Notes under the pieces: model-generated
What the model was told of the DNA's origin: nothing
Databases searched by the model: none
What the model saw: only the letters and a program-made list of their open reading frames with translations
Shown here: piece after piece, positions 53,468 through 64,000 of the stretch
Position numbering within the stretch: the first letter of the stretch is position 1
Layout of the letters: each line of letters opens with the position of its first letter
Program-made: the position numbers and the translations under genes
Assembly (NCBI GenBank): GCA_963695855.1
Contig: CAVOHZ010000010.1
Location: 256,001-320,000 of the forward strand
Reading direction: 5' to 3'
Source of the DNA: an uncultured Nitrososphaerales archaeon
Lineage (GTDB): Archaea; Thermoproteota; Nitrososphaeria; Nitrososphaerales; Nitrososphaeraceae
DNA length: 64,000 nt

Positions 53468-54949
53468 ATGGTTACCATGGCAACTACGAGCGATAAAGAT
53501 CCAAAGGTAACGTCAGAACAACTAAAGAAAAAAATGGAAACAGAGGAAGCATTAATAATTTTTGATATAGGAGATTTTGAAAGGTTTCAGTCAAAACATA
53601 TCCCTGGATCTAGTTTTGCTTCCTGTGATGAGGACTCTAAGAGAAATATAATGCCAAGATTACCAAAGGATATTGAGATTATTTTGGTAAGTGACACCGA
53701 TGAATATCCGAAAGAAATGGCCAAAGCCATGAATTCGATGGGATTAAGAGCAAAATATCTTCAAGGAGGTTTGCAATCATGGAAATGGGAAATGTCGAAA
53801 TCGGAAGAAAAGAACTTTACACCACAAGACCTAAAAAAAATCCTCGATGAGAATACCACTGATACTAGAAGAGGTAAGGAAACAATACTTTTAGATGTAA
53901 GGCAACCCGATGAATTTGAAAGTTGGCATATTGAAAACAGCCATAATATACCCCTAGAGAAAATTACATCATCTCTAAGTTCTTTTGATAAAAAAAGAGA
54001 GATAGTTACAATTTGCCCAAGGGGAAATAAAGCGATGATAGCAAAAGCGATGCTACAAAGATATGGATTTACAGCCAGGGCATTGTCTGGCGGTTTAAGT
54101 GCATGGACAACTGCGATTGAAAGCCCTTCTACTGAATTTGAAATTATGGATAAAAATGGGAACAAAAAAACGGTAAAAGTTGTCCAAATAAGAAGAATAG
54201 GAAAGGGATGTTTATCTTATTTTTTATCATTTAAAGGCGAGTCCCTTGTTATAGATCCTGCATTCCCAGTAGAAAATTATACAGAACTTGCAAAAACAAG
54301 TGAATCGAAAATTATCAAGATTTTTGATACGCATCAACACGCAGACCACATATCTGCCGGAAAATCATTGGCTGATATAACAGGGGCAGATTATTATGTC
54401 AGCGATCTAGAAGAATATTCTCAAGATTACATGGGATCAAATATTAAGAAGATAAAGGAAGGTGATATTGAAAAGATAGACGAGATAGAAATTAAAATAT
54501 TAAACACCCCAGGACACACAATTGGTAGTCTCTGTTTTCTAGTAGGATCAAAACTTTTGTTTACAGGAGATACTCTTTTTGTTGATGGAATAGGTAGACC
54601 TGATCTTAGAGATAAAGCAGTTGAATATTCAAAATTGCTCTATAATACTCTACATAATAAGGTCTTGACTTTGGATGAAAATACAGTTGTACTTCCGGCT
54701 CATACACCAAAAGGTATTAATTCAAAAATTTTATTATCAGGATTTTTGAAAGAGATAAAAAATAATAATAAAGATTTATTTTTTTTAAGTGAAAAAGGAT
54801 TTGTAGATACTATTGCGTCACTAACAATGCCTACTCCTCCCTCGTACAAAGATATAATATCTATAAATAAATATTTCAAGGCGGAAGACATAGGTATTAA
54901 CAAAATTAATGAATTGGAATTTGGTCCTAACAGATGCATTATTAAATGA
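53468..54949 (+). CDS. Rhodanese-rhodanese-metallo-beta-lactamase fusion (persulfide dioxygenase/sulfurtransferase-like)
   Basis: LDVRQ..EF..WHI, CPRG; THQHADH, TPGHT, FTGD.LF..G.GRPD; ends GPNRC. Confidence 0.9.
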   Translation: MVTMATTSDKDPKVTSEQLKKKMETEEALIIFDIGDFERFQSKHIPGSSFASCDEDSKRNIMPRLPKDIEIILVSDTDEYPKEMAKAMNSMGLRAKYLQGGLQSWKWEMSKSEEKNFTPQDLKKILDENTTDTRRGKETILLDVRQPDEFESWHIENSHNIPLEKITSSLSSFDKKREIVTICPRGNKAMIAKAMLQRYGFTARALSGGLSAWTTAIESPSTEFEIMDKNGNKKTVKVVQIRRIGKGCLSYFLSFKGESLVIDPAFPVENYTELAKTSESKIIKIFDTHQHADHISAGKSLADITGADYYVSDLEEYSQDYMGSNIKKIKEGDIEKIDEIEIKILNTPGHTIGSLCFLVGSKLLFTGDTLFVDGIGRPDLRDKAVEYSKLLYNTLHNKVLTLDENTVVLPAHTPKGINSKILLSGFLKEIKNNNKDLFFLSEKGFVDTIASLTMPTPPSYKDIISINKYFKAEDIGINKINELEFGPNRCIIK

Positions 54950-54967
54950 GGATGTGATAATATAGAT

Positions 54968-55366
54968 ATGAAAAAATTTGTTGCTATGTTCCTCTGGATG
55001 ATATTCTTATCCTCTTCATTAACATTATTATCACTGATAAATATAAGCGCTCAGACAGAACCTAGAGTAAATGTTATGTATGAATGCGGAACATTGGACG
55101 TAAATGCTCAGTTAAATGTGAACGGTTTCGAACCGAATAGTAGTGTGTCTTGGAAAGTTATTACTCCTACCGATGAAACAGGTTCTATTTTTGGATACTT
55201 TGATACGAATGGCACTGGAGGATTTAACGAATTTACTCATTTGTCGGAATTAAAGCACGCAGATTACTCAGTTCAATTCTTTGATGATGCTGATAAAGAT
55301 GGCCTTCCAGATAAGGGAAAGAAAATATTTACTGCTAAAATGTCTCCGCCAGTTCCATGTAAATAA
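54968..55366 (+). CDS. Secreted hypothetical protein
   Basis: Signal peptide; beta-rich. Confidence 0.7.
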   Translation: MKKFVAMFLWMIFLSSSLTLLSLINISAQTEPRVNVMYECGTLDVNAQLNVNGFEPNSSVSWKVITPTDETGSIFGYFDTNGTGGFNEFTHLSELKHADYSVQFFDDADKDGLPDKGKKIFTAKMSPPVPCK

Positions 55367-55803
55367 ACTAGATTAAATGACTAGAAATTTTTTATTAATT
55401 CATCTAGATTTTGTCAATATTTTTTTTAAAAAGAGATATCAATTATTTCCATGTTTTTGGAATGAATCAACATAAACAATTTGCTCAATCTTTATCATAA
55501 AATAAATAAATTAAAATAATCGAAAGCATCTGAACTGTCTAATTTCTAATATATAAAAAGTTACTGGCTCAAGAAAGCAACACCGTTGATTCGATTCATA
55601 GTCAAAGATATACATCGAATTTGAAGATTCATCAAAAGAGACTCGTACATACGGAACATCGGAAGTCAAATGATATAGAAGATATAAAGAAACTATTGAC
55701 CTTAATAGCTTGAATACCATACATCAGTAGCACTCTATTTTTTTCCCCAACAAATTGAAGGCTAGAAGAGATGACAAGAAGGGATTTTATTTAGCACAAT
55801 TTA

Positions 55804-55983
55804 TTATTTCAGATTAGTTGCCGAAAAGTGATTTAAATGAGTATTAATATGCTCATCACAATAATAATTATTACATTGGGGACATTGTGATGAAGGTACT
55901 TTTGTACAGCCTCCCATTGCACATTTTAATCCATGTAGGTGTCGTCCTCTGGTCTCATCCCATAAATCAGCAATGGCGCCCAT
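55804..55983 (-). CDS. Unlisted 59-aa zinc-finger protein
   Basis: MGAIADLWDETRGRHLHGLKCAMGGCTKVPSSQCPQCNNYYCDEHINTHLNHFSATNLK. Confidence 0.65.
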   Translation of the reverse strand: MGAIADLWDETRGRHLHGLKCAMGGCTKVPSSQCPQCNNYYCDEHINTHLNHFSATNLK

Positions 55984-56101
55984 ATAATTAATTAGATACG
56001 ATGCTATTTAAACAAATTTGAAGAATAAAATTAAACCAATTTAGGATGGTATGTTTTAAAATTTATTAAAATAATTATTTTTTAGGTAAACAATACTCTT
56101 T

Positions 56102-56596
56102 TTATGTAGACATTTTATTGTTTGAATTTATTTCGACATTTATTGTCCAGATCATATACAGATGGATAGCACAAATATAATTATAAACTCCTTCACGCTC
56201 GAAGGTATAATCAAATTTGTCTCCTGGAAATAACATGTTTGAATCAAATAGCGAACTAGGTACTGAAATATTTTTCGAGTAATTTGAATTTATGTTGGCA
56301 TCGTTATCTGAAACCTCTACACTGTTAACAGTATGAATTGTACTATCCTCATTTATCCATTCAACAGTGTCATCAATATGAATATTGGTTTGGTTTGGTA
56401 TAAAATGTGCAACACTATCGGTGCCTGCACCTTGAGGAATAGTTATAATAACTTTTTGATTCAGTGCATAAGAACTAGCAAGCAAACTGCAAAAAAAGAA
56501 TAATAATACTAATAAGAGAACAATATTATATGTCATAAGGGAGCATTGAGTATTGATTCTATTATTAACATTTCTTCTAATAATGGCCATGAGCAA
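56102..56596 (-). CDS. Cupredoxin (plastocyanin/azurin-like)
   Basis: W.NED..IHTV, FDS, YICAIHLYM. Confidence 0.85.
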   Translation of the reverse strand: MLMAIIRRNVNNRINTQCSLMTYNIVLLLVLLFFFCSLLASSYALNQKVIITIPQGAGTDSVAHFIPNQTNIHIDDTVEWINEDSTIHTVNSVEVSDNDANINSNYSKNISVPSSLFDSNMLFPGDKFDYTFEREGVYNYICAIHLYMIWTINVEINSNNKMST

Positions 56597-56887
56597 GAAT
56601 ACGCCTCATTAATAACATCAATTATAAAGATAACGACAATTTTATCTCGTAATTTCATTTGAAAAATTTAAGCTTAAAAAGATAGATATAACAATCATAA
56701 TATCAGACAACAATTAATTAATCAATTAATTAATTGTTTATTACTCTAGCGATATTTCCTGTGAACCCCCGAGATTGGTGAGTTCAAATCCACAACATCA
56801 GCATCTTTCTTTTTTCTATCTAAAGCAATTTCTGTTGCAAAATTCATAATAAAATAGTTATTACAGTTAACCGAATATAATACCATA

Positions 56888-57349
56888 ATGCAAGATAGCA
56901 AACATATTCCTGCGGTAGAAGATATTATGACTCCAATGCCACTAGAAGTAATTAACCTCTCTGACGACGCATATACCGCATCAAAATTAATGAAAGATAA
57001 GCAAATCAGTTCGATTATTGTTATAGACGAAGAAAAGCATCCCATTGGCATAATAACTGAACGTGACATAGTAAGACGGGTTGTTTGCGATAAGAAAAAT
57101 GCATCAAATACATCGGTAGAATCAATTATGTCAAAACCATTGGTAACCGTTGAATATAAAGCTAATATTGACGAAGCCGTAGCCATTATGACGAAAAACA
57201 AAATTAGGAGACTGCCTATTGTTAAGGATGGTCATTTATATGGTCTTATTACCGCAACCAATTTGATTAAATATATATTTCAGAAATATGTTGCTGATAA
57301 GGAAATTTTGAAATCTCTAGTAAGATACAGAAAATATTGGGAAGAATAA
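56888..57349 (+). CDS. CBS-domain pair protein
   Basis: GIITERDIVRR, IRRLPIV. Confidence 0.9.
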   Translation: MQDSKHIPAVEDIMTPMPLEVINLSDDAYTASKLMKDKQISSIIVIDEEKHPIGIITERDIVRRVVCDKKNASNTSVESIMSKPLVTVEYKANIDEAVAIMTKNKIRRLPIVKDGHLYGLITATNLIKYIFQKYVADKEILKSLVRYRKYWEE

Positions 57350-57791
57350 TGAGAATTTAGTAAATTTTAAAATATTTTTGAATGGTGTGGATACCGCAAT
57401 TACTATGAATTTCTGCATTATCATAATTAGTTGGCTAATTCTCAAATATGGCTATTGAAATGGAGAATTTTCTGCAAAATCATATCTTAATAAATAAAGC
57501 AATAAAATCAATCGTCTAATATTTTGTAATAATTAACAAGTAGCATAGTTGTATTTATGCAGATATTTTAGTCGATTCTTTTGAAAAATCTTTATTGTTT
57601 ATATTTATTAAATCAGTCCTTTGAGCATGATTCACAATTGAGAAAGTGATAGTGTTTAATATGTAGGCAAGCTTTGAATTTAAATTTTTTATAAGTATAA
57701 TTTTCTAAAATGAAGAAAATGTATTAGAATAAAATTAAATATTGGAGATATTTAATCGGTTTTTTTATCTAACAAAAAATCCTAAAATAGA

Positions 57792-58838
57792 ATGAAGATC
57801 AATACCTGTTTAATGCACGATGAATCTTTTTTGATAAGACATTACAAAATACTTTCAGTTTTTCTTATATTATTTTCTATGCTCTTGACTCAGATAATAA
57901 TTGAAGACTCATCCGCTGTTTCAAACCACTCAGGAATTAAACAAATAACTTTAATTGCATATGAAAAGGTTCTACAAATAGCTCCAGATAATCAATTACA
58001 TCCCGGTGGTATACTTTATGAGGCAATGACATACAATGGTACTATTCCAGGGCCGACAATTGAATTAAATCAAGGCGACATTTTAAATCTAACTCTAAAG
58101 AATGCAGCTGATATAGTCCACAGCATTGATTTACACGGTATAAGCGGACCCAGCCAAGCAATATCCGGATCTTTAAAACCTGGTGAGATTAAAACTTGGC
58201 AAATTACAGCTGAAAACCCAGGAGTTTTTGTTTACCACTGTGATGGTGACAATCTAAATGGTATTTGGGAACATATTTCAGGTGGTATGTATGGTGGTTT
58301 GGTAATTCATCCTGCACAAGAAAAACCAGCAAAAGAATTTTTTGTCGCATTTAACGAAGTCTACAATAATAAAGACCTAGGTTTGTTTGTTGGAAATAAT
58401 AAAACAGTCGGATCATTTGACATGACTAAATTCATAAATAATCAGCCTGATTTGATCCTAACTAACGGTATGGCATTTAAATATTTTCCACGAATGGGAA
58501 CAATTGTTAAAATTCAGCTCAATGAAAATGCAGATATGTTTAAAGTAAAAACAGGAGAATTAACTAGATGGCATATTATTAACGCAGGCCCTAGAAATGA
58601 AATTACTTTTAATTTTGCAGGCGGAATGATTGATAAAATTAACAATAATTTTAACGGATCAGTTATTAAAAATACCGTTCCTCGAAATTATGAAGTTTCT
58701 ATCCCACCCGGAGGAGGAAAAATCATAGAGACAACCTTTCCTGAAGATGGCATCTATTTTGGAAACGATCATGACATTGGAAGTCTGTTAAAAGGTGCAG
58801 GGTTTATAGTTTATGCAGAAAAAAATGATATGAAGTAA
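57792..58838 (+). CDS. Two-domain multicopper protein, copper nitrite reductase (NirK)-like
   Basis: NGTIPGP, HSIDLH, YHC...EH..GGMYG, INAGP, DHD. Confidence 0.8.
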   Translation: MKINTCLMHDESFLIRHYKILSVFLILFSMLLTQIIIEDSSAVSNHSGIKQITLIAYEKVLQIAPDNQLHPGGILYEAMTYNGTIPGPTIELNQGDILNLTLKNAADIVHSIDLHGISGPSQAISGSLKPGEIKTWQITAENPGVFVYHCDGDNLNGIWEHISGGMYGGLVIHPAQEKPAKEFFVAFNEVYNNKDLGLFVGNNKTVGSFDMTKFINNQPDLILTNGMAFKYFPRMGTIVKIQLNENADMFKVKTGELTRWHIINAGPRNEITFNFAGGMIDKINNNFNGSVIKNTVPRNYEVSIPPGGGKIIETTFPEDGIYFGNDHDIGSLLKGAGFIVYAEKNDMK

Positions 58839-59089
58839 ATGCTGAAAATCACTACAATTTGTTTAAAGATAGAAAAAGACATGTTGAGTAGCTAGTTCTC
58901 TTGCACGATTAGATCGGTTTTCAATGATGTATTCTAAAACTATCATAAAAAAGTTTTCGAAAATTTTTCTGTTACTAGATTTCACAACATAAATAGATCC
59001 CATATTAAAATTTCAGAATAAAAATCAATTCACTTTTATCATAAATTAGTAAACAATAACTTAAATATCTATTCATAAGATCGTTATAA

Positions 59090-59692
59090 ATGCAAAATGA
59101 AAATAATAAAAATGAGAAGATAAACGTTGTAGGAATAAAGGTTTTGGAACAAAATGGAATTAATATAGATGAAATAACGAAATTATTGGTATATAACGCA
59201 TCAGTAGAATTTGCGGCTTATTACTATTTTACTAATTTAAGAATGCATTGTACAGGACAAGACGGAGAAAGTATTAAAGGAGTTATAGAGGATGCAAGAT
59301 TAGAAGATTTAAGTCATTTTGAATCATCTTTGTCGAGAATATATGAATTGGGGGCAATACTACCTATTGATGCCCAAGATTTCATAAGGATGTCGGGTTG
59401 TGAATTCCTTCAACTCCCTTCGCTTAACAAAACAGATTTAAAAGAAATACTACTAAAATGTTTAAAAGCTGAGCAGGGAGCTATAGTAAATTGGAATAAG
59501 TTATGTAACCTAACTAATGGTAAAGATCCTGCAACTTACGACATAGCCAAGGATATTCTACGAGAAGAGATTGAACATGAATCTTGGTTTTTAGAGTTGC
59601 TATATGGAAGACCATCAGGACATATGAGAAGGAAGTTTCCTGGAGAGCGACCTCACACGCATAAACATTCTAGATCATTAAATCTAGTATAA
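59090..59692 (+). CDS. Dps-like ferritin-family protein (DPSL)
   Basis: EF.AYYY..LR, EDARLED..HFE, GC, AEQ.A, EEIEHE.WF.E....PSGH. Confidence 0.9.
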   Translation: MQNENNKNEKINVVGIKVLEQNGINIDEITKLLVYNASVEFAAYYYFTNLRMHCTGQDGESIKGVIEDARLEDLSHFESSLSRIYELGAILPIDAQDFIRMSGCEFLQLPSLNKTDLKEILLKCLKAEQGAIVNWNKLCNLTNGKDPATYDIAKDILREEIEHESWFLELLYGRPSGHMRRKFPGERPHTHKHSRSLNLV

Positions 59693-60222
59693 TCAGATAG
59701 CCGTAAGACATCATACAATAATTATTGCTATTTTTATTAATCATTATTTTATCTACGTTGCGTGAGAAAATCACTATTAACTTTTCATTTTAAAGATATA
59801 TATTGAAATGAGTTCGAAAAAATTAAAAACATAGTTTGATGCACATAATAATGAATATATGTTACAACAGATTCAGGTTCAAGCAAATAGAAACACTCCA
59901 TATGCATATTTCTATTACTAAAGTACTAATTCTCTCATCTGGTTATAATCATCATTATCATTACTAAAGATGCAACAATATATGTGTCTTGACAAGGTTT
60001 GTGAATATCTGACGTATCTGAGTTATTGAAAGAATATCAATTTACTATACACATTTGATAAAGACAATATTACAAGTATTAATTGAAATCTCGAATTCAA
60101 AAACAAGATTTTTTATTTAATCCCTTACTATAATTGATGAGAAGATTGAATTATGATCTATGGAAATAAAAAAATATATCTATCCAATATCATTTTAAAA
60201 AATAGATAGATTGGAGAATCTA

Positions 60223-62034
60223 CTAAGATTTGAGCAGCGCAGAAACAGCCAGCGAATTGCCTAATTTGAAATCTATTGTTTGTTTTCCTTGGTTGTACAG
60301 GGCTATTACATTTATGTCTTCCACGTTTTGATATTCTCCACTTATAGGGTCCTGTCCATCCATGTCATCGTCAAACTGTACAACAAATAAAGCATTATCT
60401 TTAGTCAAACTCTGCATCCTTTCCAACGGAACGGTTACTCCTTCATATTCGTTACCATATTTGTCTATATGCAGAAACATAAACTGTAAGTCTGGATTAT
60501 CTGGTAAATTCAAGGTTGCACGACCGTCTCTCAATTGACATGGATAAAAATCTCCCAAAAGTACAGGTGTTTTTGGCCCTATGCTGCCGGTTAATGGTAA
60601 CAAACTAGCCTGTGTCAAACATTTTGTTGTTTTGTATTTGATTATCTTTTCTGTGTGGTAATGGTAACGATCTTTATGGTCACGTTCATCATGACCATCA
60701 TGATCATAATAAAGATAGTTACCATCATCATCATAGCGATTAATATCTCCTATAACAATATCTTTGAATTTGTCTCCTGCTATCTGAATAATGGTTGGAG
60801 CAAAGATTTGTGTTATATCTTTACCCTGTGCAATTTGTGTATTGATAATTTGTGCTGCCTGATTAATGGTACTCTGGTCTGCATCTCCAGATGCTATCAT
60901 TCCGGTAAGGGTTTCTAACGCCTGACTTACCTGTCCTTCTGGTCTCTTCTTTAACTCTAGATTTAACAGATCTAGAGCTTTAGCTGAATATGTACCTGCA
61001 GGAAGTTGTTCTGATAACTGTCTCGCAACTTGCTGAACTTTGCCTTCATCTACCTCTGCTTTTTGAACAATTTCTTGACCTACTTTTTGTTCTAGTTCTT
61101 CAGCATCTGGAGGACCTACCGGATATCCCTCTTGTTCTGCCTGTTGAATTGATGTACCTTCCTCAACTTTAGGTGGGGCCGTTGTAAGTTCTGGAATTTC
61201 TTTTTGCTCTGCTGTTGGTTCTGTTTCCTCTGTTGGTTCTGTTACCTCTGTTGGTCCAGTCGTTGTTGGTTCTGTTACCTCTATTGGTTCTGTTACCTCT
61301 GTTGGTCCAGTCGTTGTTGGTTCTGTTACCTCTGTTGGTTCTGTTACCTCTGTTGGTCCAGTCGTTGTTGGTTCTGTTACCTCTGTTGGTCCAGTCGTTG
61401 TTGGTTCTGTTACCTCTGTTGGTCCAGTCGTTGTTGGTTCTGTTACCTCTGTTGGTCCAGTCGTTGTTGGTTCTGTTACCTCTGTTGGTCCAGTCGTTGT
61501 TGGTTCTGTTACCTCTGTTGGTCCAGTCGTTGTTGGTTCTGTTACCTCTGTTGGTCCAGTCGTTGTTGGTTCTGTTACCTCTGTTGGTCCAGTCGTTGTT
61601 GGTTCTGTTACCTCTGTTGGTCCAGTCGTTGTTGGTTCTGGAATTTCTTTTTGATCTGCTGTTACCTCTTCCTCTGCTGTTAGTTCTTTCTCTGTTGGTT
61701 CTGGAACTTCCTCTTGCTCTGCTGTTACCCCTGGCCCTCTTGGTGACTCGCCATTTTCAACTTTAGGATCTTTATCATTTCCATGATTGTTATTTTCTAT
61801 TGCATTCCCATTATCTAATTGTGCATTAGAAGTTTCGAGAAATGAACCAGAAAGTAATCTCAGACCGGATCCGATATACATCTGCGCGGGATAAGCAGTA
61901 ATCATCGAAATAGTAAGAAAAATCAATAATATTCTATTTAGCGAAATTCTTACCATCATTAGATAAACGATTGATAATAAGTAATATAAATAGATGTGCA
62001 GTACAAAGTTTGATTTCCTCTGTATTCTTTTCAA
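60223..62034 (-). CDS. Secreted/surface protein with 33-bp TEVTEPTTTGP repeats
   Basis: N-terminal TM; Thr/Glu/Pro repeats at about 61230-61640; His/Asp-rich patch. Confidence 0.85.
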   Translation of the reverse strand: MKRIQRKSNFVLHIYLYYLLSIVYLMMVRISLNRILLIFLTISMITAYPAQMYIGSGLRLLSGSFLETSNAQLDNGNAIENNNHGNDKDPKVENGESPRGPGVTAEQEEVPEPTEKELTAEEEVTADQKEIPEPTTTGPTEVTEPTTTGPTEVTEPTTTGPTEVTEPTTTGPTEVTEPTTTGPTEVTEPTTTGPTEVTEPTTTGPTEVTEPTTTGPTEVTEPTTTGPTEVTEPTEVTEPTTTGPTEVTEPIEVTEPTTTGPTEVTEPTEETEPTAEQKEIPELTTAPPKVEEGTSIQQAEQEGYPVGPPDAEELEQKVGQEIVQKAEVDEGKVQQVARQLSEQLPAGTYSAKALDLLNLELKKRPEGQVSQALETLTGMIASGDADQSTINQAAQIINTQIAQGKDITQIFAPTIIQIAGDKFKDIVIGDINRYDDDGNYLYYDHDGHDERDHKDRYHYHTEKIIKYKTTKCLTQASLLPLTGSIGPKTPVLLGDFYPCQLRDGRATLNLPDNPDLQFMFLHIDKYGNEYEGVTVPLERMQSLTKDNALFVVQFDDDMDGQDPISGEYQNVEDINVIALYNQGKQTIDFKLGNSLAVSALLKS

Positions 62035-62499
62035 AAAGATAAAATAATGTTAATCGTTACATTCGTCATATTTCTATAAATAATAAGTGATGGTTAAAGG
62101 ATAAAAAAAACACGGGCAGTACCAGTTTATTATATAGTATTTGAAACACCACATACTGCTAAGGAAAATCCTTACGTAAAGAATAAACCTATATTTTCAT
62201 GTATAGTCCTTACATTTGATGATTATCATTCATGCAGAAAGAATAATTTAAAATGTGGCCAAATCACCAATACAATTTAGTCAAATTATTAACTTACGTC
62301 AACATTTCAAAATCAAAATATAATTCGATTTAACAAAGGAACTAAATTACTATTTAATTAATTAAAAAATTATCCTATACGTTTCACATTTGAAGAGATA
62401 TCTTTGCTACACCGCTTCTTGTAGTGTCAAAAGGTGGATTAATTCCAGTTCCTAGGATAGTAATAACCATAGTATATTTTCCAGGATTTTCAATCATAA

Positions 62500-63278
62500 T
62501 ATTTTGAACATCGCTCTATACAGATGAGGAAATATCCAAGCTGTTAGAACATGCAAATTTAAGAATGCGTGTGGTTATCCTGACATTATTATCTACGGGT
62601 ATGAGGGTTGGCGGTCTTGCCGCTCTTAAAATGGGAGATATTGAATATATTGATGAATATCGTTTATACAAATTCAAAGTATATAGTGACACTCTAAGAC
62701 ACGCTTACATTACATTCTGTACGCCTGAATGTGCTCTAGAGATAGACAAATACAGGGAATACAGGAAACAAGAAGCGGAACATATAACAAAGGACGCTCC
62801 GTTCATAAGGGGAAAGGGTAATGATTTAATGGCTGGATATACAGGCCAATTGAGTTCCAATGTTCTGCAAAGAGCAGTAATGAGACTACAACATAAGGCA
62901 AAGACCAGGGAGCCCATAAAATGCGGAATGCCAACAGGAGGATCAAGGTTCAGACATGAGGTTATGAACTGTCATGCTTTTAGAAAAATATTCAATACAA
63001 GATGTATCGATAACGATGTGAAATTCCAGGCAAAAGAAATGTTTATGGGACATAAAGGAAAATTGGGACTGGATAATAATTATTGGCGTCCAACTGAGGC
63101 CAACTTACTCCAAGAATATTCTAAGGTTATAGATTCACTAACAATCAACGAAGAGAATAAATTGAAGACTGAGAACGCATTATTGAAACGCGAGAAGGAA
63201 CGAACCGATAAAATGATGATTGAAATTTTACAGAAGTTTGAAAAGTGGGAAGCAGACCAGACAGCAAAAAAATCCTAA
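62500..63278 (+). pseudogene. Tyrosine recombinase/integrase catalytic domain, N-terminally truncated
   Basis: STGMRVG, HAFRK.F, MGH......YWRP; frame is open from about 62500. Confidence 0.8.
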
Positions 63279-63479
63279 CAAATAGGAATTTCTCGCAATA
63301 TTTCAAATACAAGATAAGCTAAGTCAAGTGGCTTGGTTAATGTCATATTCTTTTAACTAATTGGTCTAAATTACTGAATAGGTAAAGCTTAAGGTATCCA
63401 GAACATCATAATTTTGTGTACAGTAGTTCTTCTAAACTATATCTCACAACGGCACAGAAGAATGGTCTAAAGTCATTGA

Positions 63480-64000
63480 TGAAAAATACTTCAGACAAGA
63501 AGAATTATCGCAGATTACTGGCAGTAATCTAGAAAAGCAATGGTAGAACTTTTGAAGATATTGCAAAGGAACATGGCGTGAGTATCAGAACAGTCCAAAG
63601 ATGGATATCAGCATATCTTAAGACAGGAACAAAAGGATTGGAGATAAGGAAACCAGGTGGTACAAAATTTCGTATAACAGATGAGGATAGAGAGATTATG
63701 CTTTCTGTACTTTTCAATGATCCCAATATTTTTGGTTATATTAGAAACACTTGGAGTCTTAGGTCACTGGCAAAGTGTCTTACAGAAGAATTCGGCATTC
63801 CAATCAGTTTCAAACATCTCCAGAGGATACTAAAAGATATGGGCATTAGATGCAAAAGACCTAAACTGGAACTTGAACATGGAGTTGATTATGAAGAGGG
63901 AAAGAAAAAAATACAAAATTACAAACAAGTAGCATCGGCACTCAAAAAAAGAAAGTAATGCTTGTATTTGAGGATGAAACCATAGTAACACAGAAACCTT
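63480..64000 (+). mobile_element. IS630-family transposase (second subfamily), running off the window
   Basis: HTH SIRTVQRW, WSLRSLA; A-run at about 63944 then VFEDET in the -1 frame. Confidence 0.85.

Noticed and set aside
61204-61766. Cys/Trp-rich and Leu-rich repeat ORFs
   Set aside because: Antisense translations of the 33-bp coding repeat
1-64000. tRNA or rRNA genes
   Set aside because: No complete cloverleaf or rRNA-like segment seen by eye; a tRNAscan-SE/Infernal run would be needed to exclude them

Overview
AT-rich (about 30% GC by eye) archaeal DNA, most consistent with a soil ammonia-oxidising archaeon (Nitrososphaerales, Ca. Nitrosocosmicus-like; inferred from gene content, no search run). 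It is an IS-dense accessory region carrying metal, redox and stress genes: several cupredoxins, extremely Met-rich secreted proteins, a NirK-like oxidase, an arsM-arsC-aquaporin operon, VIT1, DpsL, CBS proteins, AMP phosphorylase and HypE. Main result: two different IS110-family recombinase elements (three copies) sit inside the terminal inverted repeats (TIRs) of IS5-family elements. Each carries a non-coding region that folds by eye into a two-loop bridge-RNA-like structure whose loop sequences match the interrupted TIR (target) and, in part, the element's own end junction (donor). Both elements use a 2-nt core at TIR positions 9-10. This suggests archaeal RNA-guided hyperparasitism of one IS family by another. 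Folding and alignments were done by hand.
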